Below are positions 1 through 17,680 of a stretch of DNA of 64,000 nucleotides, piece after piece; position 1 is the first letter of the stretch, and each line of letters begins with the position of its first letter. This stretch comes from Bugula neritina (taxonomy: Eukaryota; Animalia; Bryozoa). A program made the position numbers and the translations under genes. The stretch lies in NCBI GenBank assembly GCA_964035545.1, contig OZ037769.1:9570129-9634128 (forward strand), given 5' to 3'. The notes below the pieces were generated by a model. It was not told where the DNA came from, did not search any database, and saw nothing but the letters and a program-made list of their open reading frames with translations.

Positions 1-112
1 AACAAAAATGCTCCGAGATAGAGTTTTCCCCTTTTCCACATAACAAACATAAAATAATGAAAACGAAAAAGATCCCAACTTAACTTGACAGATTGAACTC
101 AATTGAGCGTAA

Positions 113-293
113 ACATCACCTGGTTCTCCAAAAAGTCCGGTATCTCCTGGGAAACAAGGTGGTCTCCTTTCTCCTGCATCTCCAGGATTGCCGGATATAC
201 CAGGCAGGCCATCAACATCGGGTGAACCGTCCCTCTCCATCAGTTCTGTAAGATCCTGGGTGTCTTTTGGGACCCATTCTCCCTTTCTGTTCA
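113..293 (-). pseudogene. Degenerate collagen-like (Gly-X-Y) exon remnant
   Basis: After a ttttgcag acceptor the minus strand reads EQK-GRM-GPK-RHP-GSY-RTD-GE. After a 1-nt frameshift it reads GSP-DVD-GLP-GIS-GNP-GDA-GER-RPP-CFP-GDT-GLF-GEP-GD. The triplet periodicity is clear, with several Gly positions mutated to R/D/C. Confidence 0.6.
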
Positions 294-576
294 CTGCAAA
301 ACAAGATTAACACATAATACAAGTAGGCATGGCCCTGCAGAACAAAACAGAGTAGCCAATCACATTGCTGCATTGATATTGTCAAACCAATCACATCGCT
401 GCACTGGTATTGTGAAGCCAATATTCTCATTACAATACTCAGGCAATAATAAACAGCAAAATATGAAAAAACAATTTATTTTAAACTTATTACCGAATAA
501 AGTTTACTTCTAGTAAAAACATGGTGGAGAATACATCTAGACCTTGAACAATAAAAGTATGAGCTCCATAATAAAC

Positions 577-1082
577 CAGGGTTGTTGGGGTCAATTACAT
601 GTGAATGCAATTAATTACAATTACATGAGAATTTGTCAATTACAATTATAATTACAGTTAAAATAAATGTAATTATTTACATTACAAAATTACATTGTAA
701 AGCAATTAATTACAATTACAATTACTTTTGTTCTCACAAAGGACAAATAGAAGTTATGCAATTTCACTTCTAGGGTCCAACTAGCAGGGGCAATTTTGAC
801 AGGGGGGACCGTGCTTTGTTCTCAACACTCATACTATACTACATTGACTTAATCTGTACTTGTTATTTAACAGTAGGCATGTTAAAAAAGAATGAATTTC
901 TTAAGATTTAAAAGTTTGAAGTAATTGAGATGTAATTGTAAATATCAATTACATTAGATATGTAATTAATTACAATTACAATTACATGTTTATACATCAA
1001 TTACAAATTACATTCAATTACTTGAAAAAATATAATTAAATACAACAAATTACAATTACAAATTACAATTACCCCAACCCTG
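577..1082. mobile_element. Non-autonomous hAT-type MITE with internal (CAATTA)n-like repeats
   Basis: Termini CAGGGTTG(TT)GGGG.. and ..CCCCAACCCTG. Exact 8-bp TSD TAATAAAC at 569-576 and 1083-1090. An 8-bp TSD with CAGG ends is typical of hAT. Confidence 0.8.
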
Positions 1083-2341
1083 TAATAAACTGTGAAACAC
1101 CTAGGCGTGGCTAACTGATAACACAAGGCAAGGAACTCAAGCTATATTTCCAAATATTTCAGAGGAGACGACTCCCACACAAGCAGTGAGCCCCACAAAG
1201 ATACTATTCACCAACCTCGGTTCTTGCAGGTCAGGATATAGTCTCACATATGTCAACGAATAGCAGGTGGTAGTTATTTCATGTTGTGCAGGTGCCGGCA
1301 ACTGCCACGCTGAAGAGGAAACCTACCGACATAGACCCGTGCCTGCAATATGAAATGTGCTCCCAGGCTATAGCTAGTCTCAACAGTACTGGAGATAACC
1401 TCAGTACTCTGTTCAAACTGATGTTTACTCAGGGTGAGTGCGTTAGCCTACCACAATTCAAATTCAAATATCTAATGATTACTATTAATAGAGCCTTTAA
1501 TTCTCATTAAGATTGTTATATCTTCCATTACTATTAACAGACGTTAGTTTGAGCTTCGGATACAGTTCATGTATGCTTTGTTTATGGAAGTACAATGATC
1601 GTTTCCTGTCTTCAGGCAAGGAATACGACAGAGCTATCTTTCTCAAAGCCGCCAACACCATGAGAAGAAGTTGTCGTAACTTAGCCTCGGGTTCTTCTCT
1701 TGACATCACGCCTCTGCTAGGGGCGGTGAATCATCTCTTCCCCATCTATTTCAGACGTTCGACCCAAAAGAGTTCTGCCCCAAGTTGCCAACACAGAAAA
1801 GGTAACGTGTGGCATCTACTTGGTGCAAGTCATGTACGTTGATATAGTATAATATAATAATATACCATTTTTATAATATAGTATGATTATAATATTATAA
1901 TATAAGGATAATATAGCATATAAACAATATAATATATTATGTAATATGATTTTTATATAATGAAGTGATAATATAATTATAATATGCTATAGTTGTCCTG
2001 GCATAGCAGCGTTAGAATCTGTGGAAACTTTTTTATTTATATCTGTTCATTTTTGATCAAATTAGTAAATTTTCAACTTTTTCCAATTATTTCTCTTTTC
2101 AACTCTTGCTTTGTAGCTGAAGCGTGTTTTACCTCCCTCCCCAGAGAGCTCTGTGGTCTCCTCATCTCCTTCCTCTTCTAGTCCAAAAGTGTGCTCAAAC
2201 TAGCCGCCATGTTTGAGAATGACAAGTCGTGACCTAAAATACTTTCTTCCAGTTGACCTTGACATTGCGTTGCTGGCCTTGACCTCCATTTCTTTCCTCT
2301 TCTAGCTGACATTTCCTTCTATAGTTCCACGTGAGCATACG

Positions 2342-2379
<38 letters not shown>

Positions 2380-2381
2380 AA

Positions 2382-2428
2382 TCTGTGGACAGCAGCTGTT
2401 TCGGGATTTGTCCCCTCATCAGCACAGA
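2382..2428 (-). ncRNA. Type I minimal hammerhead ribozyme in a retrozyme-like repeat fragment (2375-2458) flanked by (TA)n
   Basis: Minus strand: UCUGUG-CUGAUGA-GGGG acaaa UCCC-GAAA-CAGC u GCUG-UC-CACAGA. Complete catalytic core, stem I 6 bp, stem II 4 bp, near-palindromic stem III, GUC cleavage triplet (cut between 2388 and 2387). Confidence 0.88.
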
Positions 2429-3396
2429 ACAGAGTACCATGGCCCACACCTTCGCAATATATATATACAATAATGCCTTGTAAAGATGTTATGTTTGTGT
2501 GAAAATGAAAAGCTTTATCAATATTAAACTGTTACTTTTTATTCTGTATATTACCTATTTTTTCTATGTGTACTTATATTGACATTTTACTCCTCTTGGT
2601 ATTTTATTTATTGAATATGATATTATTTCTGCTGACCTGGTATTTGTTAGCCATATTGTAGTTCAGTGTTGCTTTGTTTCCACATACTTTCTCTTTCCTA
2701 ATCCGTCATTTTATACAGCAATGTCATCTGATGACTCATCCAGTTGAATACGTTTTGTTTCCTTTTCATTTTATATGTAATTCTTCAGCTGCAGCATGCA
2801 CATGTTTATTTACAGATATAATTTTGTATACCATATAATGAATTGACCTTTAAGATCGGCATGTATAATAAACATTTATTTATAAGAAAGTACAAATATA
2901 ATATTATGTCCTTTTTTGAAAAAATACTAAACTATTCTGCTTTGAGTAGTAATTAAGCATTATATCAAATTCCACCAAAGCTTCTGCTAAATTAATGCTA
3001 TCATAACATAACTAAAGTATTGGATTCCTAAAATAAGAAATCCTAAAACTGTGTTCCCATCCTTAAAACCCTGTATATAATAGTCAATAGTCACAACTCT
3101 TATGTAACACTTCTTATAGAACAGCTGTCTGTATGACAAATGTCTCAAAGCTGTGTAGCTTTCTCTCTAAAATAATTTTTATAACTTTCATATATTAAAC
3201 TGAAAGAAAAATTTTGCATAAAGACTATTAAGTGCTTTGTGATCTCCACCAATTTATTTAGTAGTGTATAATGAGTCGCTATTTATTATGATGCCATAGT
3301 GAAATTAGTACAAGCTCATACTAAATAGTATTTACTACTAGTTGCATGAATGTTATTTTTTTATGTACGTGCATGTTTATAGCTATATTATATATA

Positions 3397-3779
3397 TGGC
3401 TTGGGTTTACACACCTTCTAAATATGCTTTAGTAAGACTATAAGTTTTTACTATTGCGAATGTGTGGGCCATGGTACTCTGTTCTGTGCTGCTGTCCGCA
3501 GATTGAGATATTATGCTCTCATTTAATGCTCAGCAATGACATTAAATGATTGAGCACTCTCACCACGGTCACAAACTTAAGCTGCTAGCATTTAGCAATG
3601 CTCGTGACTCCTAGGTGACCCCTAGAGTCACTTGAGCACTCTATCTTGAGTTTACACGCCTTTTAAGTATGCTTTAGTAAAACTATAAGTTTCTACTATT
3701 GTGCGAAGGTGTGGGCCATGGTACTCTGTTCTGTGCTCATGATGGGACAAATCCCGAAACAGTTTGCTGTCTACAGATT
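3397..3779 (+). repeat. Tandem ~1.5 copies of the hammerhead-containing retrozyme-like repeat
   Basis: GTGTGGGCCATGGTACTCTGTTCTGTG recurs ~248 nt apart (about 3462 and 3710). The first unit has lost the hammerhead core. The second (3730-3777) has a mutated core, CUCAUGA. Internal hairpin GTGACTC-CTAG..CTAG-AGTCAC. Starts directly after a short (TA)n. Confidence 0.8.
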
Positions 3780-3833
3780 TACTTTACTTTGCTGGAACTC
3801 CAACTATAGATTGACAATCAGCATACTTTATAC

Positions 3834-3844
<11 letters not shown>

Positions 3845-3910
<66 letters not shown>
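3845..3910. repeat. (TA)n microsatellite
   Basis: Pure TA dinucleotide run, preceded by TACA repeats. Confidence 0.95.
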
Positions 3911-3911
<1 letters not shown>

Positions 3912-4729
3912 TGTAAAAAGTATTGAAAATATGTTTGTTTTAAGTTTGATTTCAAGATTTCAAAATAAACATGTATTTTTATGCAACAAATTCTCAATTT
4001 TATCAGAACATGCACAGTTTGGCTTGCATAAATTGACAATCGCATATGTGCCTGTGTGTTGAAGTACTCTCACTATTTTTGTGTTAAACTATTAGTTATG
4101 AATCATAAAAGTTTAGAAATTAATAGATCAAGGTTATGTGATTATTGAACTCATCAAGCATGTGATAGTTATTAATGCAACTCTAGCTTTCACACTTTTT
4201 CAGAATCCACATATTATATTATTGTGCTTGCTTCATTCAAGCAGAATTCGGCTTAGTCAGTGCCTAATATGCTGTATATATCTTCAATTTGAAATTTATG
4301 TGCATTGATTCACTATATATTATAAAATGTAAATACTTGCTTCCTATAATTAATTTAGAAAAGTGGCAAATTGGTGGATACACACAATAGATTTGTTTAT
4401 ATTATGTTGGCTGCTTTAGTTCCAAACACCACATTTCAAATTTAGGAAACTATACAAATTGGCTATCTTGTTTTGAATATGCCATTTAATGAAAATAGTA
4501 TTAATTGGCATTTAGAAGTAGCAGCTACTCAGAATATTGTTTCTTGTTAGTAGTTTGTCAGATGTCTCCATAACTCCCATAAACTACCACTTGGAAACAT
4601 TTGTTATTGTTCAATTTTAAGTGGGGGGGGGGGGGGGGGGTTGATGTTGAGTGTTAATTTATATTTCAATTGCATTAAAATTTTTATCTTTTTAATTAAA
4701 TACCAACAACTTCCTTTGTGCATAAAGCA

Positions 4730-5330
4730 GCTACCAGAGAAATGTACTCATCCTATTTCGGTTTGCATTAAAGCTAATCTTGCAAGTTTGCTGCTCTGAT
4801 GCCAATTAGATCCGTTTACTTAGCATCATGTGCAGTCTTGAATCTGTTCAGCCTTTTCATGCTGATTCTGTGAGTCATAGAGAAATGTCATGCAGAGTAC
4901 TAAAAACTGTCAAAAATGTACTCTGTAGTTGTTGTAGAAAGTAATGGGGACGGATAACTCCAGTCTTCTGTGGAACAACCGGTTTACATGAGAAAATGAT
5001 ACTTGACTGGATAAATTGAAAATAGTTTTAAATAGGCGTCATTAGACAGAGTAGCTAATACTGCACGTATAGCCTTAGGTATCAGGGGTTTAAGACACAT
5101 GCATGTGCACCAGCAACAGATGTGAAATCTACAATTGCTGAAAATTGAGAATACAATCTCCAAGTCTATTGAGGAAGCCATGTTTGCAATCATAAAAAAT
5201 TGATTCTTTCCAAACTCACCCCAATGGTTTTGACAGAAGTTATTAAAAAGCAATACTACAGATTTTCTTATCTGATCTAGTAAGACATAATTTACAATCT
5301 GCAAAATATTATTGTTTGCAATACCATCTG
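4730..5330 (-). mobile_element. Highly degraded LINE reverse-transcriptase remnant
   Basis: Only weak motif echoes: SIDLEIVF (~FIDLEKAF) and an eroded GVPQG..LSPLLF-like stretch near 4940-4985. Many disablements. Confidence 0.35.
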
Positions 5331-6041
5331 AAGTTTTTGTAAGTTCTTTAAGTCTTGGGGCAAAACTGGAATTATTTTAGGAGATGATTTTATATTGTTA
5401 GATGAAGAACTAGGGATTTTGCCTTATGTTCATTATTTCAAAGACAGCTTAGCAGAGTCTGCAACATCACTTTCCTTATATTGCTTGTGTTTCAGTATAA
5501 GGTGCCACTGTCAAAAGTAATTGTCATTAGTTATACAAACCTTTGTGAATGAGTGAAGGTTTGGTGCACAGCTTGGGACACTATAGATATACTACTAGTA
5601 GAAAATATAGACGCTTTCAGTGTTGTTTTAGTAGCTATATATACATAAAATATCATGCCACAATGATCTGAAGCTTTAGTACAGTTTTTTCACATCTAAT
5701 ACAATATTTAAAAAATAATACATTCTTTAACTATTATAGGTAATTATATAATTCCCCAGCGCAATAAGTTAATTGCTCTGTGGTAGTGACACTTTTTTGT
5801 TGGCTCTTTCATATTAATATTGATTGACTATGATTCATTGTGCATTTTCTTCTATGTCAGTTATTACCTAATTGAAATACATATTATAATATTTATAATA
5901 TATATTCCATTTCGCCTTTCTGTGGTCCATAATATTATATTAGAAGACTATGTAACTACTAACGCTTAGCTTATTTTTTATATAGACGCTTACATATTCT
6001 AAAGGGTTGTCCCCTCTTAGTCAATTTGAGCATAGCGTATT

Positions 6042-6054
6042 GTCGCTAAGTAAC
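6042..6054 (+). promoter_or_regulatory. Candidate RFX X-box in the CFAP119 promoter
   Basis: GTCGCT-A-AGTAAC fits the X-box consensus GTNRCY-N0-3-RGYAAC and lies ~105 nt upstream of the ATG of a ciliary gene. RFX factors are known regulators of ciliary genes. Confidence 0.55.
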
Positions 6055-6158
6055 GCGCCATCTTAGACTGTTAGCCTTTGTGATTGATCGCAAATGTATC
6101 TTTAGTCAAAGCGATTTTAAAAATTAAAAAGAAAACCGCACAGCAACGGCTCAAGAGT

Positions 6159-11990
<5,832 letters not shown>

Positions 11991-13244
11991 AATTTGTATG
12001 TTTTCTAGAATGTGCTATACTTTCAACAAAATTAGCTTTTTAAGGAATTTTACCTATATAAACTGAATATTATTATTTATTAGAAATAATGTGTTTTATA
12101 GCTGGTTTCAGAATTTAATTTTATGAGCTGAAAAAACTGTAGAATGCTTTGTATTTACTTTTTAATGTGTTGTTGGTATAAGATTTCAATTATTACATCT
12201 CAGTAATACAAAACAACAGTATGTTTTTTGACAAGCAGTGTAGCAATTTAACAACAATTATATAATCACAATATCATCTCCCAAGTTTTATTAAATTTTT
12301 TTCATAGTATTGAATTCTGATGTAGCTAAAAACAAAGGTATAAAGACAAATGTTTACCTTAATAAAACTATAAAACAATGTGTTGCTGACAATAAAAAAA
12401 AGAAAAATGGGTTCTTGCATAAAATCTAATGAAAAAAATGCCTGCTCACTACAGGTTAGACCAAAAGGTTTAAAAAACTCAAAAGTATGAATGATTGTTT
12501 GGAGCACACCGGTTTGTGTAGATGTTCATGCAGTACAGACAAAATGGCACAGTCAAATGCATGCACAACAAATTAAAATGTTTAATTAAAAAAAGCTGAC
12601 AGGTTTAAACATACTCTAAAGAAGTTAAGTCTGTGTTTTAGATTGCCTTTAGTGAAAAACTTTATATTTTGTTCAGAAAGGAGCAAAAACAAATAAAATT
12701 AGGCTAAAAAGCAATAAAACAAATTTGCACATGCATGAAAGTGGCTGAAACAAAATTTTAGAATACGGATACACACGCACAAAGTAGTTAGAGAGAAATT
12801 GAAATAACATAAAAATTTGTGTAAGTATGTTTAAAACTGGCATTGTAGCGCAATGGATCAAAGCAATTGTACCTCAAATACAAGCACAATAACATGCACA
12901 CATGTACAAAAAGGTGGCTGAAACAATGTTATAGCGTGTTTGTTGTGTGAAGTAATGTTATCTTTTTAGTATTGTGGGTTAGTGTGCAATCAAGTGGCTT
13001 TCTATCATGTAAGCTAGATCAATTTTGCCAGTAAGATTCAAATCATAATAATATATTTAATACAATGATACACAATTCAGAAACTACATCTATCAGAATA
13101 CATCAACAGCTACTCAACACAGTGTCTACACTCTACAGTTTGCCAGACTATTCCTAACTGACTGTAACGCGGGAAGTCACAGCTACTAATAATAGTTCAT
13201 GATTCCTATTGGCAGGTTGCTGTCTTGGGTCATCTTCTTAATAT

Positions 13245-13561
13245 TGTAGTGGCCAGTGAAGCGTAAGCGCCACGTGCTCACGAACCAATCCTCATTAAGC
13301 ACGTGATTATCCCCGGCGAAGCAGAAAGGCTTCCGAACAGTTGATATAATACAATTCAGTTAGAGCGTGATGCTGATTATATACTAGGTTAGATGTTTTA
13401 TATATGTGTGCTACTCGATGTATATTACTTTTACTCGTGTACTTGGTGTATTAAATAAATCCTCTTCTCTCTTCAATACTCGTCTGGTGTCTAGCAATGC
13501 AACGTGGATAATTATAGAATACACGAATCCCATACTTAGTATAATTGTGGAAATTATAACA
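13245..13561 (+). repeat. Gypsy 5' LTR (type B)
   Basis: TGT..ACA termini, internal CACGTG/CCAAT motifs and AATAAA, followed by a PBS. Confidence 0.8.
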
Positions 13562-13564
13562 ACG

Positions 13565-13582
13565 TGGTAGCAGCGGTGGGAT
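13565..13582 (+). promoter_or_regulatory. Primer-binding site, tRNA-Leu
   Basis: TGGTAGCAGCGGTGGGAT is complementary (1 mismatch) to the 3' end of eukaryotic tRNA-Leu(AAG/UAG), ..AUCCCACCGCUGCCACCA. Confidence 0.85.
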
Positions 13583-13623
13583 ATCTACATACTAACACGG
13601 ATGCAACCTAACTGACAATCACG

Positions 13624-14484
13624 ATGAAGATGGCGAGAGAACCAGCTCGACAGAAAGAAGGTGAGCCTGATATCACAATAACCCCAGAGGGTCCAGTGTT
13701 ACAAGGAGAGGAGGCTTATTGGTACCGATTGAAAGCTCCTACCTTTACTGGATCAGAAGATGTGGAACAGTTCATACAGGAATTCAGAGAGGTGATAGAC
13801 CTTGCTCAATGGCCACCCAGAGTGGCCCTTATTCAGCTACGGAGGGCATTGACGGAGCAGGCCAAGCCGTACGGACTAGGAACTAACATAGGCGGGATCT
13901 TTGCTGCGCTGCAGGCCCGTTTCGGTATCTCCGCAGTAGACGCCAGGGCCCGCCTGCAAAGATTATGCCGCACACCACGGACTTCACTACAAGAGCATGC
14001 AGCTACGGTGAAGAGACTGGCACAGATCGCGTATAGCAACTTACCAGTACAACACCAAAAGCGCTATACCTATGACGCGTTTGTCCAGTCATTGAATGAC
14101 TTGGGTTTACACCACCAATGGCAAGCCAAAGGAGTGACCACAGTGGAGGACGCCCTACGAGCTGGAGAGGCTTACCTATTAGCTACTCAACTACATAAGG
14201 AACAAAAAAACCCACCACCATTGGAAATAAACGCCGCGGAAGGATACGCGGCACCGCTACCTCTCTCTCACACCGCAGTGGCCTCGAAAGCCTTTCCCCT
14301 GGACGCGGAGGTGAACCGCATGGCAGGGATGTTAAAACAGCTGGTAGCGATTCTCGCTCACACCAACTCCATTCAACCACCGCAGAGGCCCCGCAGTTGC
14401 CTATGGCATCTGCGATGCCGGGCTGGGGAGGCGGTCGTCAGGATCGCCCCGAGAGAGGACACCCCCGGAATCAAAGGGCGTTAA
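13624..14484 (+). pseudogene. gag: Gypsy gag (3' end apparently frameshifted)
   Basis: YRLKAPTFTGSEDVEQFIQEF..QWPPRVAL capsid-like region, homologous to 28411 and 45741. The zinc knuckle is scrambled near 14400. Confidence 0.85.
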
Positions 14485-17400
14485 ACTACCACGGCCCGCG
14501 GATGCCTTCCCTCTCCGCGGGCCGAGACTAAAGGACCATAGCGGGACACACCGCTGGCCGTCTGTACAGACGCGACGGTATGCTCCCCACGAGTGGCAGG
14601 TACCACGCAGAACCAGTCGACCGCCACGGCGGCCAAGTACCTTCTCCCTGCTACTCACTAACCGTTTCCATCGGTTACCCGAGGAAGAGGAGCCCACCAC
14701 TGACGTAGAGCCAGAAGGCCCAGTGGAAAGCTCGGGCTCGCACAGGCACAGGCCCCGTCGCCGAAGGCCCTGTAAGCCACGGGTAACGCCCCTGCAGATC
14801 TACCCAGGTAGAACTGAGCATGCTGGGGGGGGGGAGGGAGTTAAGGTACAACTACACGGAGATAGTTATTTCTTACCAGGAAAAGTGGCGGGTAAAGCTG
14901 TCACTTTCCTGCTAGACTCTGGTTGTACTACAGAGTTCCTCAGTCGTAGGGTCTTCGAGACACTTTCCCGCCAGGACAGGAATAGAGTACGACCGTATAC
15001 GGGATAACATGGCACCCTAGCAGACGGGTCGTGTATCCCCTTCCACAATATTATAGAACTCACTGGGCGTGTCCGAAACCAGGCCGTATGGGATACTTTT
15101 GTCATCAGCCAACTAGAGGAGGATGCTATCCTCGGAATGCCCTTTTTGAAACGGCAAAAATGCCGCATCGACTTTAGTAAGTCGGCGGTGCTGATGGGTG
15201 GGCGAGAACTCGCCTGTGTGGATAAGTCTGGGCGTCGTCTAGTGGGAGTTGTCCAGGTAATCAGGAACTGCACCGTACCAGGACGCTCTTGGGCTACGAT
15301 CCACTGCAGAGTGAACAATAACCGGATCTCCGGACTCGGGGTAGCCGAAGGCGCGCATGAAAGAATCCAACTCTCCAGCAGTTTGAACCAGCTGACTGCG
15401 TGAGGAGAGACCTTGGTGCAGTGCGTAAATCTCTTTACTGAGTCCATTAAGCTACCAGCTGGATCTATGCTGGGTCGGTTCCACTCTGTCCAAGAAGAAG
15501 ACGTGGGCCCGTCGCTGGGAGATGCGACAGAAGAGCCCCTCAACGCCCCCAAAAGGGGTGGGGGACTGTTCCAACACACATCAGGGAGTTATACGAGACA
15601 GCTTGTGGAGGCTGTGCGAGCAATGAGGAACGCCAGGCTATGGCGAAGTTGCTAGTCGACTACGGTGATGTGTTCAGCAGCCGAGATCACGACGTGGGAC
15701 TGACTGGAGCTGTCAAACACAAGATACCGCTGACTACAGGGACAATCCCTATTCGGCAACTCACACGCAGGTTGGGGCCGAAGAAGGAGAAGGAGGTCAG
15801 CCGACAAGTCCGGGATCTTCTGGACTGCGGCTTTATCGAGCCAGCCCACAGTGCGTGGAGCTCGCCGGTCGTGTTGGTCCGGAAGAAAGACGAAAGTTGG
15901 CGGTTCTGTGTGGACTCCCGCAAGCTCAATAGCGTGACCATACAAGACGCCTACCCTCTACCTCGTATGGATGAGTCACTGGACGCCCTAGCCGGCAGCA
16001 AGTACTTCAGTACGTTAGACTTGTTGAGCGGTTGCTGGCAGGTCCCTCTGAGTTCCAACGCCCAAGAGAAGGCGGCGTTTATTACCCGGGACGAACTTTG
16101 GAAGTGAAAGGTGCTGCCCTTCGAGTTAACCTCTGCCCCGGCCACCTCTCAGAAGCTGATGGAGCAAGTCTTCAACGGACTCCACTGGAAAACACTCCTG
16201 ATCTACCTCGATGACGTCATCGTGATCTCCCCAGACTTTGAGACACATGTCAGTCGTCTGCGGGAGGTTTTCGAAAGACTCAGAAGTGCCGGTCTTAAGC
16301 TCAAACCTTCCAAGTACGCTCTATATCAGCCGGAGGTCAAGTACCTGGGGCACGTTGTCGGTCGAAACGGCGTGGCAACGGATCCCGAAAAGGTACGAGC
16401 GATAGAGGACTGGGTCCTCCCCCAAGATTTGACCGGACTTCGGGTTTTCTTGGGTCTGGTGGGGTATTACAGGCAATACATACCAGACTTTGCGGAGATA
16501 GCACAGCCAATAAACCGGCTCACCGCAAAGAGAATGACGTGGCAGTGGACCCCGGTCGAACAGCGAGCGTTCGGTCGCCTCAAGGATTGCCTACTGACGG
16601 CACCCATCTTGGCCTACCCAGACCCCGCTTTGGAGTACATCCTTGATACAGACGCCAGTAACCAGAATGTTGGCGCTGTGCTGTCTCAAGTGCAGGAAGG
16701 CCGAGAAGTAGTAGTAGCTTACTACAGCAAGTCTCTCTCACCCACTGAACAAAATTACTGCGCTACCCGCTAGAAGTTGCTGGCAGTATTCAAGTCAGTG
16801 AAGCACTTCCGACCCTGTCTATGGCAGGAAGTTCCGGCTGCGTACGGATCATGCCTCCCTGATCTAGTTGTGCAAGAGAGCGGAACCGTCCAGTCAGGTT
16901 GCCCGGTGGCGCGAAATCCTAGCCGAGTTCTCTTACCGAATCAAACACCGGCCGGGTAAGAAACACAGCAATGCGGATGGTTTGAGCCGGCGACCTGATG
17001 AAGGTTGTAAACAGTGTCTCAACATCGAAAAGAGGGACGGAGGTCCCCCACGATGTGAGTTAGAGACACTGGCTCACCACGGAGCACAGTTTGACTCGGA
17101 CCAGGGTCAACTCCAACAGAAGGTTGACGAGTCCCCGGAGGTTGTACAAAGCCTCCGCGCCAACCCTGTTTTGGTCGATAATGTCCGGGAGCTGAAGAAG
17201 CTTCAGGAGGAGCTGCCGGGAGTAGTGGCAGACATATATCGAGCCAAAAAGAAAGGGCGATGACCCAGCGAGGAACAACTAAGACAGGGGTGCGCCGAGT
17301 TCCGGCTATTCTGTCAACGTTGGGACTCGCTGAGGATCGGGCAGGATGGTCTGCTGACCATTTCTTTAGCCGCCAACGGCAAACACCCGGAGAGGAAAAG

Positions 17401-17680
17401 GGTGGTCTGCCCCACTGCCATACGCTGTGAGTTAATGAGTTAATTTGGGACACTCACAAACAGGCTAACGCAAGAGTCTAGAGAGTGCTCTCCAAGTTGC
17501 AACTCCGGTGGTATTGGCTCACCATCGGGCGTGATGTCCGACTCAGAGTAAAACAGTGTGAAATCTGCCAGGCCAGCAAGCATGGCTGTTTCTCTGGTGA
17601 AGCGGGACGGCGAAGATTACATGCTAGAAGGCCGTGGCAAGTAGTAGCTGTCAACCTGGTCAGACCCATGCCACTAACCC
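14480..17680 (+). pseudogene. pol: Gypsy pol (protease, RT, RNase H, integrase N-terminus), disrupted and truncated
   Basis: FLLDSGCT protease, WRFCVD..LN, YLDD, DTDAS and integrase H..H/C..C motifs, with multiple stops and frameshifts. Confidence 0.9.

Noticed and set aside
590-1075. CRISPR-like array in the CAATTA repeats or in the retrozyme tandem
   Set aside because: No unique spacers or cas genes, and the context is eukaryotic; explained by a MITE and a tandem retroelement.
1108-1842. Short ORFs 1286-1842 as a gene or element
   Set aside because: No recognisable domain, termini or splice structure.
2125-2330. Possible minus-strand first exon (AAACATGGCGGC, GAG|GTAAAA)
   Set aside because: All ATG-initiated frames stop before the donor and no homology is recognisable.
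2722-2760. CTGATGA motif as another hammerhead
   Set aside because: No proper GAAA or convincing stems II/III follow (GAATAC instead); at best an unrecognisable relic.
3709-4062. YIYIYI-type ORFs (also the 8332 N-terminus, 8486, 49968, 56220 N-terminus, 56288)
   Set aside because: Translations of (TA)n microsatellites.
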